This document shows, one piece after another, positions 29,244 to 39,275 of a DNA stretch of 64,000 nt. This stretch comes from an uncultured Verrucomicrobiae bacterium (GTDB taxonomy: Bacteria; Verrucomicrobiota; Verrucomicrobiia; Chthoniobacterales; JAFAMB01), in assembly GCA_963837955.1 (NCBI GenBank), contig CAWIPH010000002.1, positions 3,808,001 to 3,872,000 on the forward strand. The letters are read 5' to 3'. The position numbers and the translations under genes were made by a program. Below the pieces are notes generated by a model that was not told the DNA's origin, searched no databases, and saw only the letters and a list, made by a program, of their open reading frames with translations. How positions within the stretch are numbered: position 1 is the stretch's first letter; each line of letters opens with the position of its first letter.

Positions 29244-30153
29244 AAATCTTCCGAAACAAAGTTTCCGCGGCCAGCTCGGCCGAAGCGAAGCTGCCAGCTA
29301 TCGAACCCGTGTGCACCGCATCGTTCTCTGTAAAGACAATTGCTTCGAGTAGCGCTTGCTTTCCAGCCAGGGTTGCTTGGACACCGATCGGTACCTCGCA
29401 ACCACCGCCTAACAATCGCAAAAACTCGCGTTCCGCCTGAACGCAAAACCAGGTGTCCGGGTCGTTAACGAACTGGAGAACGTCGCGGATCACCGAGGAA
29501 TTCTCAACTACCTCCAAAGCGATCGCACCCTGGCCCGCTGCCGGCAACATCGTATCGAGCGTGGAAACGAACAATTCGCCAGCGCCAAACTGGATGCGAC
29601 CGGCTTGAATTTTTAGGTTTAAACGCTCAAGGCCAGCCCGAGCCAGAATCAATCCGTCCCAGTTTGACATGATCAATTTATCGAGCCGGGTTGGAACGTT
29701 CCCTCGGATATCAACGACTTCAATGTCCGGGCGGAGGCGTTGTAGTTGACGGGCCCGGCGCGGACTGCTCGTCGCAATTACACCGCTGGCCGGAACCTCT
29801 TCCAGAGAGTTGGCTTGCTTGGAAACGAGCACGTCAGCGGGATCTTCCCGGGGCAAAACTGCGGCGACGATCAATCCCTTCGGCAACTCCGTAGGCAAAT
29901 CTTTCAAGGAGTGGACAGCCACGTCGATTTGACCGCTCAACAAAGAATCCTCCAGTTCCTTGGTAAAGAGCCCTCTTTCGAACTTTTTTCCAGAGTCGCT
30001 CAGACGCAGATCAAGACGTTTATCGCCGGTTGTTTTGATGATCCTCAGCTCGACGGCCTTGATCCCCGGGGCCTGCAATAAAGAGCTACGCGTCAGCTCA
30101 GCTTGGGCCAAGGCGAGTGAGCTGCCTCTCGTGCCCAGAACAATCTTCATCAC
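29227..30153 (-). CDS. hemC: Hydroxymethylbilane synthase
   Basis: GTRGSSLALAQ, AVHSLKDLP, TSSPRR, IRGNVPTR, GGCEVPIG. Confidence 0.96.
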   Translation of the reverse strand: MMKIVLGTRGSSLALAQAELTRSSLLQAPGIKAVELRIIKTTGDKRLDLRLSDSGKKFERGLFTKELEDSLLSGQIDVAVHSLKDLPTELPKGLIVAAVLPREDPADVLVSKQANSLEEVPASGVIATSSPRRARQLQRLRPDIEVVDIRGNVPTRLDKLIMSNWDGLILARAGLERLNLKIQAGRIQFGAGELFVSTLDTMLPAAGQGAIALEVVENSSVIRDVLQFVNDPDTWFCVQAEREFLRLLGGGCEVPIGVQATLAGKQALLEAIVFTENDAVHTGSIAGSFASAELAAETLFRKIYGNTR

Positions 30154-31205
30154 GCTCCCGGCAATTCGATGGCGACGGGCGGAAAATTCGACGGTTGAGT
30201 GCGTTCAATCCAAACCTGAAAGTCGTGAACATGTTGCTCAATCAGCCGATGGCAATTTTCGGCTTCCTGCTTGCGCACTTCCAACGTCTTCTCGGTCATA
30301 CTTTGGAGCGAATCGAGATCGTACAAATAAACACCATCCAATTTGTGAACAGCTGGCTCGATATCACGTGGCATCGCCAGATCGATCATGAAGAGCGGCC
30401 GATGCCGGCGAGTTCGCAAAACTGGCGCCAATTTTTCCAAGGTAATGATCGCGTGCGGGGCCGCCGTCGAACTGACCAGGACATCGAGGTCAGGAAACTC
30501 CTGTTCCCAATCTTCAAAATGAATAGCGCGTCCGCCGGTAATTGCTGCCAGCGCTTGGGCCCGCTCAAAAGAGCGATTGGAAACAAAAATTTGCTCTGCT
30601 CCGCGAGATCGGAAAGCTCGGGCCGTCTTTTCACTGGTCTCTCCGGCACCAAGAATCATGATCTTGCAGCCCTCTAGATCACCGAAGATCTGCTCCGCCA
30701 AATCAACCGCTACTGAACCGACCGACACGCTGCCTCGGGTAATACCGGTAGAAGAGCGGACCTGTTTACCCACCTGAAACGACTTTTGAAAGAGCCGATT
30801 CAGGAGCTTGCCCGTCGTTTGCGCCCCAATAGCGAATTCGTAAGCGCGTTTAACCTGACCAAAGATTTCGGTCTCCCCGACGACCATCGACTCCAGACCC
30901 GAAGCGACTCGAAATAGATGACGGACACAGTGGTTAGCCCAGAGGCGAAAAAGGTGCGTCTCGTCTCCAGATCTTAAGTTTTCGTAGAAACTCTCGAAGA
31001 AGGCCTGAGCAGGACGATCTCGGAACTCTCCGGCGACGTAAAATTCGGTTCGATTACAAGTCGAGACAATCAGACCCTCGGTCAAGCCTGGTATCGTTTT
31101 CAGACGGGCCAGCGCTTCAGGCAGAGCAGACTCCGGAATCGCGAATCTCTCGCGCACGTCCACTGCCGCTGTCTGATGGCTAAGGCCAAAGCAAAATAGG
31201 CTCAT
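30150..31205 (-). CDS. hemA: Glutamyl-tRNA reductase
   Basis: STCNRTE, HLFRVASGLESMVVGETEIFGQ, GAGE, DLAMPRDIE. Confidence 0.96.
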   Translation of the reverse strand: MSLFCFGLSHQTAAVDVRERFAIPESALPEALARLKTIPGLTEGLIVSTCNRTEFYVAGEFRDRPAQAFFESFYENLRSGDETHLFRLWANHCVRHLFRVASGLESMVVGETEIFGQVKRAYEFAIGAQTTGKLLNRLFQKSFQVGKQVRSSTGITRGSVSVGSVAVDLAEQIFGDLEGCKIMILGAGETSEKTARAFRSRGAEQIFVSNRSFERAQALAAITGGRAIHFEDWEQEFPDLDVLVSSTAAPHAIITLEKLAPVLRTRRHRPLFMIDLAMPRDIEPAVHKLDGVYLYDLDSLQSMTEKTLEVRKQEAENCHRLIEQHVHDFQVWIERTQPSNFPPVAIELPGA

Positions 31206-32035
31206 TTCACAGTCGGACTATCCGAAATAAATCGGATGCCCCAAAAAACGCTTAGAAGCAGACTAAAAGCGATAATTGATAAGGTGGCAATCCACTTTGC
31301 CCCCATCGTGTGACGGAGGCGACCAAGCAAGATACCGCCATAGAGCGCCCAGACCAATACGGACCACGCGACTTTCCGCCAGTCAACCTCTTGCCCAATA
31401 AAGAAACCGGAGCCAAGGCCCACGGTGAAAAGGATGAAACCAAGCCAAAGTAGACGGGAATTAGCAATGGTCAGGGTGCTAATCGGCGGAAGCCGAAAAA
31501 ATATTGAACCCGGATGTCGCGTTTTGAGCTGCCGCTCTTGAAACAAATACATTAGGCCGGCGACTCCCGCGAGGGCGAACGCCCCGCATGCCACGATCGA
31601 GAAGGAGGTATGCGTCTCCAGCCATGGGTTGATCGGCTGATGCCCGACCCGAAGCGACGGGTGATCAGGGACTAATAATGCCCAAATATTAAGCAGGGAG
31701 ACAAACGGCGCGGTGATAACGCCCAACAGGGATAAGCGATAGGATGAACCAATCAATAGGTAGATCAGGATCATCGACCACCCGAGGAAAACCAGCAGCT
31801 CAAAGAAGTTCGTAATCGGACAGCGACCGATCCGATGGCCGCGATCGATCAGAAAAAGAGTCTGCGCAACAAATCCAGCACTGATCAAAAAGAACGTCAA
31901 ACGCGGCGCCAAGAACTTTCCGGTCGCGAGCGAATATGCGGAATATGCCGATGCCAGCAAGAAACCGCAAAGCGCTAGCCAAACCCACACATGATCAGAG
32001 CCGAAAACCAGAGAGCTAAGAAAATCCAGATGCAT
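31202..32035 (-). CDS. CcsA/HemX-like cytochrome c assembly membrane protein
   Basis: Multi-TM protein with PITNFFE, WLETH, QERQLK, RLPP, DWRK; first gene of the hem operon. Start uncertain. Confidence 0.8.
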   Translation of the reverse strand: MHLDFLSSLVFGSDHVWVWLALCGFLLASAYSAYSLATGKFLAPRLTFFLISAGFVAQTLFLIDRGHRIGRCPITNFFELLVFLGWSMILIYLLIGSSYRLSLLGVITAPFVSLLNIWALLVPDHPSLRVGHQPINPWLETHTSFSIVACGAFALAGVAGLMYLFQERQLKTRHPGSIFFRLPPISTLTIANSRLLWLGFILFTVGLGSGFFIGQEVDWRKVAWSVLVWALYGGILLGRLRHTMGAKWIATLSIIAFSLLLSVFWGIRFISDSPTVK

Positions 32036-32067
32036 CAACAAAATTGACCTGCTACGCTCCGCCATTC

Positions 32068-32598
32068 ATGAGTGGAGTCAATCCAGAACAGCTGCGTGAG
32101 GCGATTCGGGATATTCCGGACTTTCCGAAGCCGGGTATCATTTTCCGGGACATTTCGCCGATCCTCAGTAACGCTGCGCTATTCCGCCAGGTCGTAGATG
32201 CGCTCGCTAGTAAAGCGGAAGAATACAATCCAATAAAGATCGTGGGGATCGACGCACGGGGTTTTTTGTTCGGGGCGGCGGTCGCATATAAACTCGGACT
32301 GGGATTCATTCCGGTCCGTAAGAAAGGCAAACTGCCGTATCGCACGATTGCCTACTCTTACGTGCTCGAATACGGGCGGGCGGATATGGAAATGCATGTT
32401 GACGCCGTAGAGGCGGGGGAAAGAGTAGTCCTGGTAGATGACTTGCTAGCGACCGGCGGAACTTCTGCTGCTGCGGTCCACCTGATTAAGCAACTCGGCG
32501 CCACCGTGGAGGCAGCATTATTCTTTATCGAACTGGTCGACTTAGGAGGCAGAAAACAGCTCGCCGGTGTTCCGGTGTACACCCTGATTCAATTCTGA
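32068..32598 (+). CDS. apt: Adenine phosphoribosyltransferase
   Basis: IPDFPKPGIIFRDI, DARGF, RKKGKLP, VDDLLATGGT. Confidence 0.97.
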   Translation: MSGVNPEQLREAIRDIPDFPKPGIIFRDISPILSNAALFRQVVDALASKAEEYNPIKIVGIDARGFLFGAAVAYKLGLGFIPVRKKGKLPYRTIAYSYVLEYGRADMEMHVDAVEAGERVVLVDDLLATGGTSAAAVHLIKQLGATVEAALFFIELVDLGGRKQLAGVPVYTLIQF

Positions 32599-32660
32599 TG
32601 GCATCCGCGGATGTGACGTTTGGTGGCTTGCGCTTCCGGGCTGAGAACCGCCCACCGCCC

Positions 32661-32711
32661 GGAGGGGTCGCGTCCCCGCGACCCGCGGCGCATGAGGACC
32701 CGCGCCCTCCC
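32661..32711. repeat. Family B REP-like doublet
   Basis: GGAGGGGTCGCGTCCCCGCGACCC-GC-GGCGCATGAGGACCCGCGCCCTCCC. Confidence 0.8.
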
Positions 32712-32734
32712 CTTCCAGGGTTACTCCGCTGCCC

Positions 32735-33655
32735 ATGATCGGATTCATCTTAAGACGATTAGTCGGCCTAGTAATCATTCTGTTTTGCGTCGTCACTATC
32801 ACATTCTTTCTGATCCGGCTGATACCGGGCGGTCCATTCGATCGGGAACGTAAACTGCCACCGCACATCGAAGCAGAGTTGCTGGCCAAGTATAAATTAG
32901 ATGGTCCACTCTTTACCCAATATATCGATTATCTGGGCGACTTACTGCACGGAGATCTACGGCTTTCCACCAAATACCGGAATCGGACCGTAAACGAAAT
33001 TCTGGCGGACAGCTTGCCGGTGTCTGCCACATTGGGGGGTATTGCTTTTTGCTTAGCTACCGGGTTCGGCGTTTTCTTGGGGTCCTTAGCGGCATCTTAT
33101 CAACATACTTGGATTGATCGGTCGGCAATGTTCGGTGCGCTCGTGGCAATTTCTTTGCCCTCCTTTGTCATCGGCCCGCTCCTGGTCCTGATCTTGGCCA
33201 TATATCTCCCGCTGTTTCCGGTTGGCGGATGGGGAAACGTGCGAAGTCTAATCCTCCCTTCGATCACTTTGGCAGCGCCTTACGCCGCTTACATTGCCCG
33301 CCTAACTCGCGCCAGTATGCTTGAGGTCCTTACGCAGGACTTCGTTCGGACTGCTCGCGCAAAAGGCTTGCCGGAATCACAAGTCGTTTACAAGCACGCA
33401 CTGCGCGTGGCCATACTTCCGGTAGTCTCCTTTCTCGGACCGCTGGCGGCCAATTTGCTGACCGGATCGATAGTCGTAGAAAGCATCTTTAGCATTCCGG
33501 GTGCCGGCGGATTCTTCGTCAATTCAGTGCTCAACCGCGATGGATTTCTTCTGGCCGGCGTCGTCATCGTTTATTGCGCACTCCTCGTCTTGTTCAATTT
33601 GCTGGTCGATATCCTCTACGGACTCCTCGATCGCCGAATCGTCTTGTATGACTGA
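32735..33655 (+). CDS. oppB: Oligopeptide ABC transporter permease
   Basis: PGGPF, TRASMLEVLTQDFVRTARAKGL, KHALR, GSIVVESIFSIPG. Confidence 0.9.
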   Translation: MIGFILRRLVGLVIILFCVVTITFFLIRLIPGGPFDRERKLPPHIEAELLAKYKLDGPLFTQYIDYLGDLLHGDLRLSTKYRNRTVNEILADSLPVSATLGGIAFCLATGFGVFLGSLAASYQHTWIDRSAMFGALVAISLPSFVIGPLLVLILAIYLPLFPVGGWGNVRSLILPSITLAAPYAAYIARLTRASMLEVLTQDFVRTARAKGLPESQVVYKHALRVAILPVVSFLGPLAANLLTGSIVVESIFSIPGAGGFFVNSVLNRDGFLLAGVVIVYCALLVLFNLLVDILYGLLDRRIVLYD

Positions 33656-34547
33656 TCCTCGCTCCACTTGGACCAGATTGTGGCGGAATCCGGCAATGAT
33701 TATTTCGACTCTCATCGTGCTCGGAGTCGCTGGGGCTGCCGTGATCGGTCCGAGCCTGCTACCCAAACAATCGGGCGAGGTGACCGCTCAAAGCTTCCTT
33801 CCCCCCTCCCTTGAACACGTTTTCGGAACCGATCTCAACGGGCGCGATCTATTCTTTCGAGTTCTTCTCGGGGCTCGGATTTCGCTGCTTGTTGGCGTCG
33901 CCGGCGCTGCAGTCAGTTTTGCAGTCGGCATTATCTATGGGATGATTGCCGGTTACGCAGGTGGACAGGTCGACTCGCTCATGATGCGATTTGTGGATGT
34001 GCTCTACGCGATTCCCCGGTTAATCTTCCTTCTCGTGCTCATCAGCGCGCTTGATCCGATTCTGCGCGGCACGATGGAGGCGCACGGCCTGCAAAGTCTC
34101 GTCGGATACTCGAAGATCATCATCTTGGTACTTTGTCTCGGTCTGACGGAATGGCTCACTATGGCTCGAATCGTCCGAGGTCAGGTACTCAGCCTCAAAA
34201 ACCAACAGTTTGTGGTCGCCGCCCGAAGCATTGGCCAAAGTCATCGGAACATCATTTTTCAGCATCTCCTGCCTAATCTCATCGGCGTGACCATTGTTTA
34301 TCTAACGCTGACCGTTCCCTCGGTGATTCTCGACGAGTCCTTTCTCAGCTTTCTCGGCGTTGGCGTCCAATCGCCGTTGGCCAGCTGGGGTCTTCTGTTG
34401 AGCGATGCCGCTCAGTCGATCAATCCAGTGAAAGGATATTGGTGGCTGCTCGTTTTCCCGGCAGCAGCGATGTCGATCACTTTGCTTGCTCTGAACTTCC
34501 TCGGCGATGGACTGCGCGATGCTCTTGATCCCCGGCGGAAGCTGTAG
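33648..34547 (+). CDS. oppC: Oligopeptide ABC transporter permease
   Basis: FGTDLNGRD, ARIVRGQVLSLK, ESFLSFLG, NFLGDGLRDALDP. Confidence 0.9.
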   Translation: MTDPRSTWTRLWRNPAMIISTLIVLGVAGAAVIGPSLLPKQSGEVTAQSFLPPSLEHVFGTDLNGRDLFFRVLLGARISLLVGVAGAAVSFAVGIIYGMIAGYAGGQVDSLMMRFVDVLYAIPRLIFLLVLISALDPILRGTMEAHGLQSLVGYSKIIILVLCLGLTEWLTMARIVRGQVLSLKNQQFVVAARSIGQSHRNIIFQHLLPNLIGVTIVYLTLTVPSVILDESFLSFLGVGVQSPLASWGLLLSDAAQSINPVKGYWWLLVFPAAAMSITLLALNFLGDGLRDALDPRRKL

Positions 34548-34673
34548 AGTTCACCGGATCGCGATGGCCGATGGTCAAAAGTTGCCGTAGATAATCACGA
34601 TCCGGTGGAAGCTAAAGAAATAGATGACAAACCCTTCCCGCGGACTTTAGTTGGCCGCTAATCTGTGCAGGGA

Positions 34674-36500
34674 ATGAACTTGTTGGAAGAGCTAGAGGCA
34701 TCGGTCGTCTGCGGCGATGGTGCGATGGGAACAGAGCTGATGGGAGCTGGCGTCCCGATGGAGGTCTGTCTGGAGGAGGTGAATGCCAGCAATCCTGATC
34801 TCGTCTTCGGCATTCATGAGGCCTACATCGCTGCTGGATCTCGCGTGATCGAAACCAATACGTTCGGAGCCAATAGCATGCGGCTCGCGAAACACGGCTT
34901 GGAATCAAGAGTCCGTGAACTGAACTCAGCAGCAGTCGCCATTGCGAAGCGTGCGGCCTCGGGACACGATATTTGTGTGGCCGGCAGTGTCGGACCACTC
35001 GGTGTCCCCAACGAGGAGGTCAGAGCTCAGAAGATCGATCAAGAATCGATTTTTCTAGAACAAATCAGCGCCCTGCTGGAGTCGGAAATTCACGCCCTTT
35101 TTCTTGAGACGTTTTTGGATTTTGAGGAGATAAAAATTGCTCTGCAGGCCGCCAGGAAACTAAGCGCGGAAATCCCGGTGATCTGTTCGATGGTCTGTTC
35201 TGAAGAAGGGCGTCTCCCATCCAGCTTGCCCGTGGTCCAAGCCTTCCGCGAGCTTTCCCGGCTCGGGGCAAACGTGGTGGGCGTAAATTGCGTGACCGGA
35301 CCCCGTGCGATGGTGAACATCCTGAAGCGGATTCCGCTCGATTTCCTGATCAGCGCCTACCCGAATGCCGGCTATCCCCGCTATCACGAAGGGCGTTTCC
35401 TTTACAATGCCTTTCCTGAATATTTCGGCAAGGCGGCGAAGGAATTTGCTGCGGAAGGTGCGCGATTAATTGGAGGCTGCTGCGGCGTCGGACCTCAACA
35501 CATCCGAGAAATTTCGAACGCACTGGCTGGGCTTAAGCCGGTCAAATCCAAACCAGTCATCAAGTGGCTAACGGAACCGGAACCCATGCCGGCGAAACGG
35601 CCGGCGGAAACCAGTCTGCTCGATCTTATCGCGGGCGGGCGTACCGTAATCGTTACCGAATTAGATCCCCCAAAAACGCTCGATCTGGATCGGTATTTCA
35701 CAGCGGCCAGGCATTTGGCGAACGCCGGTTCTGATGCCATTACGCTCGCCGATAACTCACTAGCGATCCTTAGAATCAGCAATCTGGCGATCGGCGCGAT
35801 GCTTAAGCAGCAATACAACATCATGCCGTTGCTGCATGTCAGTTGCCGGGACAGAAACCTCCTCGGCTTGCAAAGCGAACTGCTCGGGATCGCGGCGCTT
35901 GGCATCCGTCACATTTTGCCACTCACTGGAGATCCGGCAAAGTTCGGGGACCAACCAGGCGCCTCTTCCGTATACGACGTCAACTCGATTGAGCTGATGC
36001 AAATCATTTCCAGATTAAACCAGGGATACAATTTCGCGGGCAAGACGATCAAATACCCGACGGATTTCGTCTTCGGCTGCAGTTTCAATCCGAATACGAA
36101 GAACTTGGATGCCCAAGTTGCGCGGTTGGAGCGTAAATTGGCCGCGGGTGCCCAGTACGTAATGACTCAACCGGTGTTCGACCGCCAGTTGGTTAAGACA
36201 TTGCACGAGCGGACCCGCCACCTGGGCGTTCCTATCTTTACCGGTGTCTGGCCGCTATTGAATGGGCGTAACACCGAGTTTTTGCACAATGAGGTACCCG
36301 GGATTATCATCCCGGACCCAATTCGGTCCCGAATGGCTGGAAAAGAAGGACCTGAGGGGAGACGGATAGGAATAACCATCGCCAAAGAAGTCGCTGAATC
36401 CATCCTCGAATATTTCCCCGGGGTCTACCTGATCACTCCATTCCTTGCCTATGATACCACCGCCGAGCTCGCACAGCACATCCGAGGAATTACATCATAA
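34674..36500 (+). CDS. Bifunctional homocysteine S-methyltransferase / methylenetetrahydrofolate reductase (YitJ-like)
   Basis: DGAMGT, ETNTFGAN, GVNC, GGCCG; C-terminal ELDPPK, CRDRN, TGDP, MTQPVFD. Confidence 0.93.
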   Translation: MNLLEELEASVVCGDGAMGTELMGAGVPMEVCLEEVNASNPDLVFGIHEAYIAAGSRVIETNTFGANSMRLAKHGLESRVRELNSAAVAIAKRAASGHDICVAGSVGPLGVPNEEVRAQKIDQESIFLEQISALLESEIHALFLETFLDFEEIKIALQAARKLSAEIPVICSMVCSEEGRLPSSLPVVQAFRELSRLGANVVGVNCVTGPRAMVNILKRIPLDFLISAYPNAGYPRYHEGRFLYNAFPEYFGKAAKEFAAEGARLIGGCCGVGPQHIREISNALAGLKPVKSKPVIKWLTEPEPMPAKRPAETSLLDLIAGGRTVIVTELDPPKTLDLDRYFTAARHLANAGSDAITLADNSLAILRISNLAIGAMLKQQYNIMPLLHVSCRDRNLLGLQSELLGIAALGIRHILPLTGDPAKFGDQPGASSVYDVNSIELMQIISRLNQGYNFAGKTIKYPTDFVFGCSFNPNTKNLDAQVARLERKLAAGAQYVMTQPVFDRQLVKTLHERTRHLGVPIFTGVWPLLNGRNTEFLHNEVPGIIIPDPIRSRMAGKEGPEGRRIGITIAKEVAESILEYFPGVYLITPFLAYDTTAELAQHIRGITS

Positions 36501-37227
36501 AATCCCATGGTCACTTCTGATCCAAGGTACAGGGTTGTTACTAACCGGCGGCGTCGTGTTTCTATTGGCGTCGCATTATCCGTTACTGGACTGGATCGGC
36601 GACGCGCAGAAACGGATTGAAGGCCTCGGTGTCTGGAGCGGCATCGTTTATCCGATTGCTTACGCCATTTGCAACCTCTTCCTTCTGCCGGGTGGCGTAC
36701 TCAGTGTTGGGGGCGGATTCTTGTTTGGCCTTTGGTGGGGCTTTTTCCTGGTGCTGATTGGCAACCTGCTCGGGGCCGCCGGAGCTTTTGCCATCGGGCG
36801 CAAGATCGGGCGCCGGAAAGTTGAAAAATTGCTTTCTAACAATCGCCGGCTTCTGCTTCTGGACCAGGCGATCGAGCGGCACGGCTGGAAGATCGTGGTG
36901 CTCTCGCAACTGAATCCACTCGCTCCAAGTAGTCTATTAAATTATCTATACGGCCTGACTCGGGTACCGATTGGGCGCTGCCTTTTATGGATTGCTCTTG
37001 GTCAAACACCCGGTTTATTTTTGTACGCATTCGTTGGAACGCTTGGCCAGTTTGGTGTCGAGATGGCTCGTGGCCTCAAGCGACCGTTGCCAAATGACTA
37101 TCTATGGTGGGGCGGTGGCTTTATTCTTACCATCGGAACGACCTGGTTGCTCGCTCGCTTGGCCAAAAGGATCATGAAAGAGGTCGGAGCTGATATGGGA
37201 GACACTGGCTTGACGCCGGAGGAATGA
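36451..37227 (+). CDS. TVP38/TMEM64 (DedA-superfamily) membrane protein
   Basis: LPGGVL..GGFLFGLWWG, LNPLAP..LLNY.YGLT; start uncertain. Confidence 0.85.
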   Translation: MIPPPSSHSTSEELHHKIPWSLLIQGTGLLLTGGVVFLLASHYPLLDWIGDAQKRIEGLGVWSGIVYPIAYAICNLFLLPGGVLSVGGGFLFGLWWGFFLVLIGNLLGAAGAFAIGRKIGRRKVEKLLSNNRRLLLLDQAIERHGWKIVVLSQLNPLAPSSLLNYLYGLTRVPIGRCLLWIALGQTPGLFLYAFVGTLGQFGVEMARGLKRPLPNDYLWWGGGFILTIGTTWLLARLAKRIMKEVGADMGDTGLTPEE

Positions 37228-37263
37228 GGCATAACGTACCTGCGAGGTTGCTTTTTTGCGCGG

Positions 37264-37626
37264 ATGAAGTCTCCCCATGCTAAATGTCGAAATGCCGACG
37301 TGGTGATTTATTTCGACCGAGCGGCCGACTGCCTCTTCTCGTACTTCAGCGAAATTACATTAAATAACCACGGAATCATTTTCCGATCCCGCTGGGAGTT
37401 TGATCTGGGAACGCAGCTGGCACTCAAGGTTTGTACGGAGCCAGAATATTCTGATTCTGCACCAGTGTGCATCGACATAACGGGGATGGTTGTTCATTGC
37501 GAACGCATGTACTCCCAGTCTCCGTTGTTTGAAGTAACGGTGCTCTTCCTTGACCGACGCGAAAAACCTCCGCAGTCTCTCAACCGATTGACTTGTCGTT
37601 CGGAGTTAATGGGCAACCTCAACTGA
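37264..37626 (+). CDS. Hypothetical protein, possibly PilZ-like beta-barrel
   Basis: 120 aa with GIIFRS..F..G..L.L and GMVVHC..F patterns resembling degenerate PilZ domains. Confidence 0.55.
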   Translation: MKSPHAKCRNADVVIYFDRAADCLFSYFSEITLNNHGIIFRSRWEFDLGTQLALKVCTEPEYSDSAPVCIDITGMVVHCERMYSQSPLFEVTVLFLDRREKPPQSLNRLTCRSELMGNLN

Positions 37627-37660
37627 GGTTGAGGCCCTGATCGGTAGGGCGAACGCTTTG

Positions 37661-38043
37661 CGTGAGTCGCTCAGGGGTTTCCCGGCTCAAATAAATTTTC
37701 GCCCTACCAACGACTCGGTGGGTACCGTTTTTGAGAATGTCTTCACCAAAGGAATTGGAAGGCCACGCACAACCCCATCCTACTTAGACTGCCTTCCTTA
37801 ATCCGAAATCTTTGCGTCTTCGCGTCTTTGCGTGAGATCTCTCCGGGCGAGCGCGTCGCGTGAGCCTCTCAGGGGTTTCCGGCTCAAATAAATTTTCGCC
37901 CTACCAAGGACTCGGTGGGTACCGTTTTTTAGAATGTCTTCACCAAAGGAATTGGAAGGCCACGCACAACCCCATCCTACTTAGACTGCCTTCCTTAATC
38001 CGAAATCTTTGCGTCTTGGCGTCTTTGCGTGAGATCTCTCCGG
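37661..38043. repeat. Tandem duplication of a ~186-bp intergenic segment
   Basis: 37661-37846 versus 37859-38043: 5 substitutions and 1 indel. Confidence 0.93.
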
Positions 38044-38049
38044 CCGGGA

Positions 38050-38325
38050 CTAAGGCTTCGGTGCTTTGGCCGGAATCAACTTCCGGGACGCCCGGCTCTT
38101 TCTCCGGTTTGCCAAATTCTGGTGAACGATTCCTCGCCGAGATGCTTTGTCTAAGCGGCTGGAAAGATTCGCAAACTCAAGCGCAATCACTTTTTCATCT
38201 CCCGCGGCAAGAGCGGCGTTCAACTTTTTCTGTTGAGATTTTATCCCAGTGATGACGCTTCGGTTCCGAAGCATCCGAACCTGAGTCTGCCGTGCGCGTT
38301 TTGCTGCTGATCGCGTGTTTGCCAT
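38050..38325 (-). CDS. rpsT: 30S ribosomal protein S20
   Basis: MANTRSAAKRARQ..RNRS, LDKASRRGIVHQNLANRRKSR. Confidence 0.95.
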   Translation of the reverse strand: MANTRSAAKRARQTQVRMLRNRSVITGIKSQQKKLNAALAAGDEKVIALEFANLSSRLDKASRRGIVHQNLANRRKSRASRKLIPAKAPKP

Positions 38326-38481
38326 AGATGAAAAAAGAGCAGGCACACTACTCGACGCGGCTAGATCGTCAACTCGGAATTCAAGCTGATGGTGATCCGG
38401 AGCGTTGCGAAACTCCGGAATGTAGAGCCATTGCGCGTCGTTTTGGCCTGCACCTACGGTTGTAGGCGCCAAATCAATGCC

Positions 38482-38958
38482 CTACCTCTCCGATTGAGGA
38501 TCCTCAGCGACTGATTCAGCTTTAAGCGGCCGATTCATTAACGCATTGAAAACCCGGCGGGGGAGACTTTGGCCGTTCTCCTCGTTTTCAAGCTCTTCCA
38601 CTGAGCTGCGTTTCGCTTCTTCCCACACAGCCGGAAATCCAGGCGAACGGGACACCATGTAGCGTTCCGCGCGAGCATAGATTTCCATGTCGCGTTGCAA
38701 CTTTCGATCGGGCAACTGACCCAGGCTGGCCACCTTAATCCGCAAGTTTTCGTTCTGTTGTTTCAGCTGGTGCAAATCCGTTTTAAGCCGATTTGTGGCA
38801 TCGGCCTCCAGCTCCAATTTGTCGGCCAAATGGCGTTTAAGACGCTTCACCTCGCGCCCGGATTCCCAGAGGCGCAGCGTCAAAAGGATCAGTCCCGCTA
38901 GTCCGAGAACAATCCCCAGCGCCAAACCCCAAACGAAGTGATTGTGCATGACGTCCAT
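38482..38958 (-). CDS. Hypothetical membrane-anchored coiled-coil protein
   Basis: N-terminal TM helix followed by a coiled coil (LKQQNENLR) and PGF..W. Confidence 0.7.
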   Translation of the reverse strand: MDVMHNHFVWGLALGIVLGLAGLILLTLRLWESGREVKRLKRHLADKLELEADATNRLKTDLHQLKQQNENLRIKVASLGQLPDRKLQRDMEIYARAERYMVSRSPGFPAVWEEAKRSSVEELENEENGQSLPRRVFNALMNRPLKAESVAEDPQSER

Positions 38959-39095
38959 ATCTGTCCAAGCTAACCGGGCCCTCGTTTCTCGCAACCGGAA
39001 GGTCGAGGCAAGAAAAATTGAAGGTTTTGATATAGCCTCGCTCCCAAACTATTTGCTACCAATGGTATGCGTTCTTTTTGCGAGACATGATAAAG

Positions 39096-39167
39096 TGCCA
39101 GGGGGGAGAGTTGAACTCCCGACCAAGGGCTTATGAGTCCCCTGCTCTACCACTGAGCTACCCTGGC
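39096..39167 (-). tRNA. tRNA with CAT anticodon (probably Ile2/lysidine; elongator Met not excluded); CCA not encoded
   Basis: GCCAGGGTAGCTCAGTGGTAGAGCAGGGGACTCATAAGCCCTTGGTCGGGAGTTCAACTCTCCCCCCTGGCA folds as a cloverleaf. Confidence 0.92.
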
Positions 39168-39275
39168 GGCGAGGATAGGCGAAGAGGTGGACATTAAAGC
39201 AGATCGTTACTGTTTCAAGGCCATTTAGATTGATCAATTCGGGGCATCAGCACGGCTCTCCAAATCACAGCTTGC

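Noticed and set aside
34550..34670. SAM riboswitch before the homocysteine methyltransferase
   Set aside because: Only a simple inverted repeat (CACCGGATCG...CGATCCGGTG) is seen; SAM-I/II core motifs were not found.
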